Shown piece after piece: positions 49,942 through 61,060 of a DNA stretch of 64,000 nucleotides; position 1 is the stretch's first letter; every line of letters starts with the position of its first letter. Source of the DNA: Lama guanicoe (taxonomy: Eukaryota); the NCBI GenBank assembly GCA_013239625.1, contig MU054466.1, forward strand, positions 1,116,001-1,180,000. Reading direction: 5' to 3'. The notes beneath the pieces are model-generated. The model did not search any database. It was not told where the DNA came from and saw only the letters and a list, made by a program, of their open reading frames with translations. The position numbers were made by a program, and so were the translations under genes.

Positions 49942-51354
49942 CAGCTCTCAATCTTTTTGGTCTCAGGAACCCTTTATACTCTTAAAATTTGTGGCGGGTC
50001 TCAAAGCCCTGACTATCAATATTTATCATGTGATAGAACAGGGTTTTTTTTTTTCATTTGTATTAATCCATTTAAAATGAACAATCACAACCTATAACAT
50101 ATTAACATAAACGATATATTGGAGGGGTAGGTAATTAGGTTTCATTTATTTATTCATTCATTCATTCATTTAAATAGAGCACTGGGGACTGAACCCAGGA
50201 CCTCGTGCATGCTGGGCATGCAGTCTACTGAGCTACATCCTCCTCCTGATAAATGATGTATTTTTATTTAAAAACAAACCTCTATCTTCTCAAAAAAAAA
50301 AATTAGTGAGAGGCGTGGCAATGTTTCTCCTTTTTAAGAATCACTTTACTGTCTGACTTCCCAGACGGCGGGTGGGGGGCGGGTCTCTGTCTGCTTTTGC
50401 ATTCAGCCCGCTGCAGCATGTCCTCTTGAAGCCCACAGAGGAAACCCAGCCTCCCCGGGTATGCAGCCGCACACCTCTATGTAGCTTTTTCCAATAACTG
50501 GAATACTTCTTGATACTACACCAAAACTCAACAAGCGGCAGTTTCTCAAAGGTTATTTGCACCATAGACTCTGAAACTGTTTCAAAACCCTTTCCTGCTG
50601 TTACATTAAATTGCTGCGCTCTGCCTCACGCTCTGAGTGGCTCTTTGACCGCACGTGCCTTTGCGACCCCACTCACGGGTCATCTACAAATGACTGGTCA
50701 CCAAGGCACGCAGACCTTCCCAAGCTCACCGCGCCTCCCTCTGCAACATCCGAGGACCGCAGTCAGCGCCGCCCCCGCTGTTCTCAGCAGGAGAGGCTTC
50801 AGACACCGGGAAGCCGTCAAGTTCACAGTGGCAGATACAGGCTTCTCAACATTTTAATTTTCAGTCAAAACCTCAAATTTTATCATTGGCAACAAATGCC
50901 ATCAGTTGTTTTCCTTGAAGTGACAGCTCGCTTCTCATTTTTAAGAAAATTCTTACAGTTGTTCTTTCAAGGGAAAACAGTGTTGTATGAAAAAAAAAAA
51001 AAACAGCTCCGCTTACAGCCTGGTTCCACGGGTGCTCTTCCTGGGACAGCCATCGGGGCACAAGCCGCAGCGGAAGAGCTGTAGGAATGCTGTGAACAAG
51101 TGCTCTAAAGGGGCAGGGTGCGACCGTCCCTCCCCGCTTCACCTGAACTGAAAGCGCTGCTGGTTTCCAGTGCAGGTGCGACCCTAGGAAGCACGCGGTG
51201 ACCGTCCAGGGTGGGGCCACGCTGGCACCGCCGCTCCTGCACCCGGCGCGCGTGCCCACAGGCCCACACGCAGGCCAACAGCCTGGCCGTGCGTGCCCTC
51301 ACCGCCCCCCGCAAGGGTCACGGAGGCTGCAAACACGCTCTGAGAGTTTTACTG
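49942..51354 (-). mobile_element. Second Charlie1(a)-type hAT DNA transposon fossil, interrupted by a SINE
   Basis: cagctctcaatctttttggtctcaggaaccctttatactcttaaaa matches the Charlie1 terminus; internal caccaaaactcaacaagcggcagtttctcaaaggtt and atcattggcaacaaatgccatcagttgttttccttgaagtgaca. Confidence 0.8.
50121..50248 (-). mobile_element. Camelid tRNA-derived SINE inserted into Charlie1, with an imperfect 14-bp TSD
   Basis: ggggactgaacccaggacctcgtgcatgctgggcatgc...ctgagctacatcctcc; TSD ataaacgatatatt (50107) and ataaatgatgtatt (50249). Confidence 0.9.
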
Positions 51355-53490
51355 AGTGTAGGAATGCGAAAACAGACTGCACTGGATTTTCTTTGTCGGG
51401 AAGATGGCAGGAATAATTAAAGTAAATGTTCCTTTAAGTATTTAAACAGAAACAGAAAGGTGTTTGCCTCCACAAATGTCCTATTCTGTTAGGACACTAA
51501 GTAACCATGGACGAAAATGAAAAGTTACAAAGCTACGCGATACTAAGACCTTTCGGGCCAGAGGTGGCAATCAGCAATCTGCCGGATAGAGGTTACCTGT
51601 CAGCTGTGCGTAGCTGTCCTGTCACCGCTCCCACAGTGCACAGCCCCCGACCACCACCGCCCCCCACCCCAAGCAAGCGGCGAGCACCTCCTACCTGCAG
51701 AGCAGAGCAGCCCGAGTCTCCCCCACGGGGCAACCCCAGCCCCTACAGTCCATTCTCAAGTCTCTTAAACAGACGTCAAAGGACACCACTCCCCTGACAA
51801 AACCCAGCAGTGGATCCCCAGCACGTGTGACGCAAATTCCGGCTCTTTACCGGGGCCCACGAGCCCCAGCACAGCTCAGCCCAGGCCTCTCGCTCCTTCT
51901 CCTCGCTGGTTACAGCAAATCCAGCCATCTTCCCACTCCTCGCCTGGGCCACCCTGGCTTTAGCTTCCAGGCCTCCGAGTGGGAAGCAGGTGCACAAGTC
52001 ACAGCTAGGGGGACAGGGTAAAGCTGCACTGGTGAGGGGAAGGCATAGACATGAGCACAGACAGGAGAGAAGCTGAGAATAAGTGAGGAAGCGTCCATCA
52101 CATGAAGTCGGGGGAGAGCAGACAAACCCGAGGAAAGTGACAGAAAGGAAACAAAGACCAGAAACTCATGACCTTCAAAACAGAAGGTCGACAAAGCCTG
52201 CTCTCCAAAAACAACAACCCCCCAGAGCAGCGCCTCCCGCCGCCTCCTCATCACCCGCTCCAAGGGCGGCCAGGCGCTCTTCTCCCGACGGCCCTCCTCA
52301 CGGAGCCCAGCGCTGCGGGAAGCGGCACGTCTGTGTGCTGGACGCCGCGGTGCGTGAAGAGTAAGAGCCTTCCTGTCCCCTCCACCAGGAACCAACCCTC
52401 CTGCTTGAGGCAGTCCTGCCCTGCGGGGGGCGGACGCTCTCGCGAGTAACCAAGGGAGAAGACGCAAGGCACCAATCACCACCGCCAGGACAGACGAGCA
52501 AGCTCCACGCGCGCTGGGAAGAAGAGGACACTCTGCACGACGCGCCACCACTGAGGGTTTAACCTCCTGGATGAAGAGTCAAGTTCCTAGAAAAACGCAG
52601 CTCTCCAAAACTGACTCCTGAAGGCAGAGAAACACGGAAACTCCTAGAACCACTTAAAAACCAAGTGCTCATCAAAAGCGTCCCACGGAGGTAACTTAGA
52701 CCCAGATGAGCAACTGGGAAGTCCTACAGCTCGCCCCGAAAGCCAGGGAGTAAGCACACGGGAAGCACCCCAGGCTCGTATCCATGCCGGCGTAACTTTG
52801 GCTCCTACACCCAACAAGAAGGAAGTGCGAGGGGGAAAGGCCCCTTCTCATCAAGAACACGGGTAAGCAGGCAAGTAGGCCAAACCCAGCGGCGCACAGA
52901 AAGCACGAGACACGGCGCCCACGCCGGGTTCTCGCCGGGATGCAGGCCAGGTCTGACTGCGGAACCGCCGTGTGCGCGTGTGCGCGCGCGTCAGCCTCAC
53001 CGCGGCAGCACGCCGAAGGAGAAGAGGCACACACACGGTCACCGCAGCAGAGGCAGAGCAAGCGTTTAATACCACTCAACAGCCACTCAACATAAAAACA
53101 ACTCTTGCAGCAAAAAGGGAGATTCCTTAATCTGATCAAGACTGTCTGCCAAAACTTACAGCAAAAATCATACTTAACAGTGAAGGACTGAAAGTCCCCC
53201 CTCTGAGATAAGGAGCCTGCTGAGGGGGCCCTCAGTTCCACCCCCGCCCAGTCCCGGTCAGTGCAGCACAGGTAAAGACAGAAAAGGAAGAGTGCATATA
53301 AAGACTGGAACAGAAGAAACACATCTGTCATTAGTTGCAGAAGATTAGGGTCACGCTTACAGAAATGCAAAAGAACATGTTGATAAACACTCAGATTAAT
53401 AAGGCTGCTCGGCAAGGACGCCGGACACTAAATCAGTGTATAAAGTCAACTGCACTCCCACACGGAAGAACAAATGACGTGAAGTTTCTA

Positions 53491-53650
53491 AGACACCACA
53501 AAACAGCGTGAATAAATTCAGCAAAAGACATGAAAGCTTCTACGTGGTTAATTAGAAAAAGAGACACCACAAAACAGCGTGTCAAAATTCAAAGACCTGG
53601 GAATAAATTCAGCAAAAGACATGAAAGCTTCTACGTGGTTAATTAGAAAA
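53491..53650. repeat. Perfect local duplication with an internal 20-bp indel (A-B / A-X-B)
   Basis: A=agacaccacaaaacagcgtg (53491, 53562); B=aataaattcagcaaaagacatgaaagcttctacgtggttaattagaaaa (53511, 53602); X=53582-53601. Confidence 0.95.
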
Positions 53651-54029
53651 CCTCATGTCGAAAGAGGTCCATTCCCTGCCCAAATCGTCTGTGGACCTGC
53701 AGGTTCAGTTACACCACAGCCAGGATCTTGATGGGTCTCCCTGCCCCGTCAGTGGGATTCAACCCACTGATTCTAAAACATTATGGAAATGGAAGAGGAC
53801 CAGAAAGGCCAAGATACTCGTGAGGAGGATCAAGACAGGATGGGACCGTCTGCTCTTCCAGATTCCGTGATGGCACAGAGGTGAGGAGAGTGACAAGCAG
53901 GTCCCTGAACAGCACTGAGCGGGCAGACGCGGGGTCAGGCACACTCAGCCCTCGATTTACGGCGGAGGCGGCTCTGCAGACCGGCAACGAGAGGCGCGGG
54001 GCCTTTCCACACGCGCACACTCCTGTGAG

Positions 54030-54205
54030 GGCAGCAGAGCTGGCAGACAGCGAAGCGCGGCCGCACAGCACGGGGGCTGCAGTCAGCGCCCTGCCACGGC
54101 CCACAGCGGAAAGGAGTACACACATACGTACGGCCGAACCTCTGTGCTGGGCCCCAGAAACCAGCACAGCCTCGTAAACCAACTGCGCCTCAGTCTAAAA
54201 ACAAA
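54030..54205 (+). mobile_element. Short artiodactyl L1 3'-end insertion nested in the older L1, heavily GC-shifted
   Basis: 54148-54193 aligns without gaps to the L1 tail at 39030-39075. Confidence 0.75.
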
Positions 54206-57200
54206 CTGGACCCGAACTTCACGCCATAAGCAGACAGCAACGCCGGGTAGGCAGCAGCTAGTCTGACTGTGCGATTCATCCTCCAAGATGGACATTTCAT
54301 GGAGTGGAAAAGGGCGCCACGAGCCACTGCGCCAGGACGGCGGGCATGAGCAGGGACGGCCTCGGCACACTGGGCTCGCGGCACCCGAGCTGCAGACCTA
54401 AGGTCGACAGTGAGGCTGTGAAGCTTTCGGGGGGCGCTACAGGACAAGGACTTTAACACAAGCATGAACCACAGGGGAGCCAGTCGCACGTTCAACTGCA
54501 GTATAATTAAGTGTTTCTGTTACCAAAAGAGTCCACAGAAAGACTGAAAAATCACATCGCAGAGTAGGACAAGCAATGCCACCCGTCGGGTACATTTTAA
54601 AAGGACTTAGTCTAGAACACACCAAGAATTGCTACAAATCAGCACAAAACAGCCAGCAGAGGGCCGGGCAAAAAGCCTGCATGGGCCTTTCACAGAGAGG
54701 CCAACCTAGGGCTGTACACGGGGGAGAAGGTACTCAGTTCCACTAGGCACAGAAGAAACGAGAAAACCACGATGCAGCCACACCCACAGGAGTGACTGAA
54801 ATGAAAATACGAGTTGGTCACACGCAGAGCAACCAGAACTCACACCCACAGCCGGCCCTCCGGGAAGCCACCGGCATTCCTTCTAGAACGGAACATCTGT
54901 GCACCCCGTTCGCCTGCATTTCTACTCCTGGGCTCTACCCTCCCCCCCAAAATCGGTGTAAGTGCTAACCAAAAGACTTCCGCAAACACATTCATAACAG
55001 CACCGCTCATAACGCAGTAAGCTGAGCGCTCCACACCTGCGGGCTGGATGCGCGGTCACCCACCCCGTGGCAGCGGGACGACGGGGACGTGGCTCGGGAC
55101 ACCGTCCTCGTGCAGGGGCTCTGACACCAGGGCCAGCGGGCGACCTTCCGGCCGTGACGGTCATCGTCACCCCAGTGCTGCTGCCTGGGTATCCGCTTCA
55201 CCGCGCGTTTGCTTTCTGTGTCTTTCTGTATCCACAGCACGTTGCTAAAACACACAGAGGTTAGAGAAAACAGAGCTGCAGTGGCACAGGACGGGTTCGT
55301 GTTTTCACTCCACATTTTCTGAAGCTGAGTTACAAAACCGTCTGTTCGCTAATGGGGGAGGGAGTATTTTCTCGCCACCGAGCATGTTAAAGGCCAGCCT
55401 GAGGAACGTGAGCCACTCTCACACCAGCAAAAAGTCGCGAAGACCAGACGGAGCGAAAATCAGCAGAGGAAACGGCCGACACTCCAGCCAGACCTTGAAG
55501 CGCTGGAAGCCTCGGGGAACTCAGCCCCAGGACCGACTGGGCAGCTGGCGTGAAAGGGGCCGGCGTCGCCTGAGGCTGCTCCCCGTGTGCCCCCCGGGAC
55601 CTTGAACCTCAGCCCACGGAGGCTTGGGGTCAGGAGAGCCCACACAACGCACAGACCCAGCAGGCGGCCAGAGGGCTCCCCGGGGACGCAGAGGAGGTGC
55701 GAGCGCGCTGCGCGGCGTCCTGCTGTGTTCGCTCTGCAACGCCACGGTTCTCACTTCCTTGAGGAGGACGTCAAGTGTGCAGTGCGGCCCTCCACGTGTC
55801 ACCGGGGCACGGCGTGGCTGCCGGCCGGGGCAGGCAGGAGGAATCCAGCCAGCTCCACGAGTCTCAATCCAGCCAAATCTACCACAACTCAAGTACGGGT
55901 CTGTCTCCCAGGCTCAATTTCAGAGAAAAATAGGCCTGTGTAAAGCTCGCATCTGCAGGAGAGATGGGGCGGGCTGACGCCTGGTTGACGTACGGCTTCC
56001 CACTTGAACCAGACAATTAACTCTGCGCCAGAATCGGAGGATTGATGCCCTCGCGGGGCCCCTCCACCTGCCCGGCGCCTCCTGACACGCTGCCAACAGC
56101 GGCTGCGCGAGCAGACCTGCGGCCGCGCCCCAGAAGCCTCGGGGCAGCATCCCACGCTCCCCGCGGAAGGCCTGGAGCCGGCTGCGGGCACACGGGGCTG
56201 CCCTCGGAAGCAGGTTCAGAATGAGTATTTTCCATAAATATTGCAAATTCTGAACCTCTAGTCACTACACAGTTTGTTGAATAGACATTCAAGTATTTTA
56301 ACACCCAATCCGAAAACAACAGTCTCCGGAAGAAGTAAATCTCCAGGCCCCTCCTCAAAACTACACATTATAAAGCGTCTTATTTCTAACCTGCATGCAA
56401 ACAGCCCCAAGTAAAGCTGCCCAAGACCACCACTTCCTTCAACCACGCAGCTGCTCCAGGCACACAGACCCGGGGTCAGGAGCCCCGCGCAAGGGCTGGG
56501 TGGCGCCCCCTGGAGGCGTGCGGCAGAGCCGCCCTGCGCTCCAGAAGCACCCCCAGGGAAAGACAACCAGCTGGAGCGCTGGAACGGTGACGGGATGTTA
56601 CAAAACCCGGGACAGTCTTACACAGTTCCGCCTTAACTCAGGTTCCGGCTGGCCCCCTTCCCCAGCTTTCCCTGCCTCCTCACATAGAAGCAAAATCTCG
56701 CTCTCTTTTGGAAAAGCACAAAGAAGTTGGGGAAAAGGATAAAAAAGCCCAGATAACCAGCTCATGCTCTTTTATATTTCCTGAAATGATATAAATAATA
56801 TGTGGCTCATTTTAAATGTTGGAACCTCTGGTAGCATCTTGTCAGTAAATACCCCACACATCTGAGATCATTTATTTTAATAAAGTTTTATGACTCACCA
56901 GCTACCAAAGGCTTGATTTAATTCAAAGTTTGAAACATAATTCTCATTTTCTCATGATTAAAAAAAATGTTCTAAATAAATAATAGATCAAAGTAGCATC
57001 ATACTGACGGCATCCACATTCCAAACAGGCCGAGCAGCGAGGCGGCGGGCTCTGCAGTCAGCGGTCCTCACGCGGAAAGGGGGAATCTAAGGGAGGTGGA
57101 GGGGGCGCATTGAGAGAAATGAAACCATGGAAAAGGGCTTTCTGTGCCACACTCCTGGGCCACAGTGAAGAGCACACACAGAGGAAGCCCCACAACGCAC

Positions 57201-58439
57201 GAGGCCCGTCTCTTGCCGGGGGGAGGGGTCCCGTGGCGCTGCGCGTGGGCAGGATGAGGCCCCGGGCTGCTTCCCACACGCTCCCACTCGTCCTGACAGG
57301 CAGTTACTTGTGAGTCACTCTACTAAGTGTAAGTGTTTATATTTTTACACATTTTTTTAAGTTCCCCAGACTTCTGACCTTAAAAGCTCAAAGAAAAATC
57401 CAGCACAGCACCGCCCTCCTCTGAAGCCCCAGGTGAGCAGTTTTCCTGCAGCTCTCCCTAGCAACAAAAAATGAACTTCATTAAAGTGCGATTCAGGATG
57501 TTCATTTATCCCCCTTTACAACTTAGAAAGAACATTGCGCTCAGAACAGAAAAGGCTGGAGATATGAAAGCGTGGGGCTGCTGGCTCCACCTCCCCTGGC
57601 ACACCCGCCTCGGTCTCCAGGTGGCCACGCCACCCAGCGCTCTGCAGAAAGACGCCGGTGCTGGTTCATCTGATGCGTCTACCTGACTTTGCCTCAGGGC
57701 CCGGACACGGGGTCCAGCAGGATTCTGTGAGCACCTTTCTGGAGGAGACTAACAGCCACATCAGTGGGCTGGCCCTGAGTAAAGTGGGCTGCCCTCCTGA
57801 GCGTGGCGGGCCTTGTGCAATCAGGTGAAGGCCTGGCCAGAACAGAAGGCTGACCTCCCGAGGAACGGTGAGGTCTGCACCAGCCTCCAGGCCTGAGTCA
57901 CAGTAGCAGCCCTTCCCCGGGTCCCCAGCCTGCGGGCCCTCCTGCAGGTTCTGGACGGATCAGCCTCTGCCATCACGGAGTCCACACTCACATCCTCTTG
58001 GTTCTCTTTCCCCGGAGACCGTGCCTCAGAGACCCCCACGCAAGTCAGGGACACGCCCGGTGGCGTCACAAGCAAACAAGAACAGCACGTTCCACGCTTC
58101 TCAGTCACGGCCGAGGGCGCCGGAGGCCCGGGGACACAGGAGGACAGGAGGCAGTGAGCCACGCTCTGGGACCCAGAACACACCCTCTCCCTTCAGGGAA
58201 ATGGATGCTGGGCAAAGGTCCCGCTGTCTACGCCACACGGCCCGAAGGAAAAGCTAGACGTCCTCCTCCGGCCTGTGGCCACAGCAGGCTGAAAACCCCA
58301 TGGCCGCGAACGCACCCGCAGGGCCGATTACCAGCCAGAGCCGGCCTCCGGCCCGCGGTGCCTGCCTCCCCTCGGAGGAGCTCAGGCCCTTCCCGGGCAG
58401 GGCCTAGCGAGCGCCCCCCTCCCCGCCAGAACGAGGAGG

Positions 58440-58520
58440 CCAGGATCCTTATTCTTGTTTTATAGATGAAGCTTCTGAGAACAGAGACGCCCAGCGGCTC
58501 CCTCAGCACAGCGAGGGCCC
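58440..58520 (-). mobile_element. MIR fragment
   Basis: ttattcttgttttatagatgaagcttctgagaacagaga resembles the MIR core attttacagatgaggaaactgaggctcagaga. Confidence 0.5.
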
Positions 58521-60639
58521 AGAAGCGGCACAGGCGCCCCCAGTCCACCCTACAGACCCCTCACCAGGGCCCTGGGGTGACGGGAAGGCAGCAGAGGACA
58601 AGGACGGGCCTTGAGCTTGCTCGCCCCCTGTGCACTGAAAGCACGAGCAGAGCTGAAAATGCGACAAACGTTCTAACAGGAAGGCCTCAGGTTTAGAGCT
58701 CTGTCGTCCGTGGGCTCTGCTGTCGTCCCCACAGTCCGTGTGAGGGGTATTGGCACTCACGTGAGCACGGCGGCGGCGTGCGGTTCAGCGTGACGGGGCC
58801 TGGGGGCCACGTGGCGCAGCTCTTCCTGAAGGACAGGGAGGCGGCCCTCGTGGGACCGAGCATCGTGGCCTCCCTAGACGCTCGCACCGATCTCGGGAAA
58901 CAAGTGCCAGCCCTCCAATGTGCAGGAAAGCGAGGTGCAGCGGGGCTGAAGAATCACAAAGCCCCGAGTCAGCGAGCAGGGCTCTCAGTTCCGGCCCGCC
59001 TGGCACCCCTTCCCGTTGCACACAGCACCCTTCTAGGCGCACAGCAGTCCTCGTGTCCCGGGAGACGGCCGTCCCGTTACCCCAGAACGTTCCCAGCAGG
59101 AATTAGCTGACAGGGCTGAGTGTCCAGCGTCCCCGTGAGGGTCACTTCTGCTGGGCCGGGCCACCGGGGTCTGTCCCCAGTCGGCTCTCAGGAGCCGCAG
59201 GCCGGTCCACTCCCTCTCAGACGCCCAGCGGCAGCTGGCCCAGCTGCCCTCTGGCCTCCCCCTCACTCCACGCACCCCCTCTTCCCCACCACAGAAGGGC
59301 CTCTGCGTCCAGGACCCCCGGGACCTTAGCCACTGTGCCCCGCCGTCTTCCGTCTGTCTGGTCTGTGACAGCCTCTCAGAAGAGCACATCCAGAATTAAG
59401 TAAAACACTCCAGCGTGGTCTCAGAGGCCACGGACGGACGTTTACAGGCAAGCACTCAGCTTTTTCACGTCCCTAATCTTTGCACACGAACTGCTGAACT
59501 CCATCTGTACACATGCACGCGGTGGGAGAAGCAGGAACGGGAACCAGTGGGGGTGGGGCAGGGAGTGAGGGCCCGAGGGGGGCAGGGGGGTCAGGAGGGG
59601 CAGGAGGGGAGATACTGTATGATATCACTTAAAACAGCAGGCCCAGCAGAGCCTCCCCGTGTATTTTACCACTTTCCACCCACATTCTGCCCTTTCAAGA
59701 TCATGTTCAACCCTGGTTCTGTCATCTACATTATCACCTGGCCCTCCCAATCCTGTATCCTCGGCAAACACAGCAAGTGCTCCTTCCAAACCTTTCCCCA
59801 AGGCACAGACGAGAGTGCTGAACAGGACAGGGTGGGCACCCGAGCTCGAGGGGCCCTCCCTCCAGGCTGTAGGAGCCCGGGAGCCAACGGCCCAGGGCTG
59901 AGGCCCCGGAGCGCACCTGGGCCACAGTCTCACTCATAAACGGGCAAAGGGCACAACTAGCAAAGCAACACAACTGCCCCGACACGTGCGAACAGGCTCG
60001 GCGACAAGCACCTGAAACGCGGAACCGAAACAGCAAAGGCGCCAGGTCCCACCTCGGCACAAACAGCACGTTAACGGCAATGCCGCGGGCTGGAAAGAAG
60101 CGTTCTCAGACCCACTAGCAGGCATGCAAACAGGAAACCTTCCATTTTCACCAAGTCCTTCGTTTCCCGTGTTTCTGATGCTCTGCCTTCTGGGGCCTTG
60201 CTGACCCTGGAGTGATCCTGGAGTGACTGCCCCTTTCTCAAGACAGCAAACAGCTCACCTTTCAAAGACAGAGCAGCCACCACACCCCCAGAGCCCACGC
60301 CCCCACCTGCCTCCCACAGGAGCCCTCGCTCAGGCCACTAACCACCCAAGGCCAGGAATCTGACACCGCAGGCCCGCCCTGCACCCCAGAGCCTGCAGAC
60401 TTCGTTCAAACTAGCCATCCTTAGCCAGCTTCCTCTGCGGAGCCCCCTCCTTCCAGCAGAAGCCCCAGTAAAGGTGCTTGCCCACAGCGCCCCCCACCCC
60501 AGGGCCTCCCCATGTGGCGGGCAAGCCCTCTGCTCTCGGAAACCGGAGTGAGAAACTGTCTCCTCACCGGCGGTCACCGCCTGCTCTGCTGGCCTTAGTA
60601 AATACACTACATTTTCTGTTAATACACCACATCGTAAAA

Positions 60640-61060
60640 CACCCTCCTGAACAACAATTTTGCAAAACATGTCAGTATCCCTTACTGAGCTCACACCCAG
60701 GTATTTATGACTTCTAGAAGCGTGTGCGAAGGAAACATCCAGAGGTCCGGATGAAGATTTATACACAAAGACTCATCACAGCATTACTTACAACACCGAA
60801 AACTCAGAAGGGAGTTAAATGTCTAACAGAGAAGTGGGCAGAAACCACAGGCGCAGCAGCAACGGCAAACCTCAAAATTAAACAGCCTCCGGCCCCCGTG
60901 AACCCAACGGAAGCCATGTCTTTAAAGAATATGTAACTAATAAGAGGAAATACACACAACGTGATGTTAAGTGGAAAGGACTGGGGATAAACCTGTATCT
61001 AGAATATGATCTCAATTTTTGTATAAAAAGGGAGAAAAGAAAAATGTGTGTGTGACTCCA
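60640..61060 (+). mobile_element. L1MC4/ME-like 3' remnant
   Basis: gatttatacacaaagactcatcacagcattacttacaacaccgaaaactcagaag...gatgttaagtggaaa...aatatgatctcaattttt. Confidence 0.6.

Larger units (their letters stand above)
52550..55260 (+). mobile_element. Long old L1 ORF2 to 3' UTR remnant (L1MB/MC/ME-like), GC-shifted
   Basis: ttcctagaaaaacgcagctctccaaaactgactcctgaag; gattccttaatctgatcaagactgtctgccaaaacttacagcaaaaatcatacttaacagtgaaggactgaaa; actgattctaaaacattatggaaatggaagaggaccagaaaggccaa. Confidence 0.8.
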
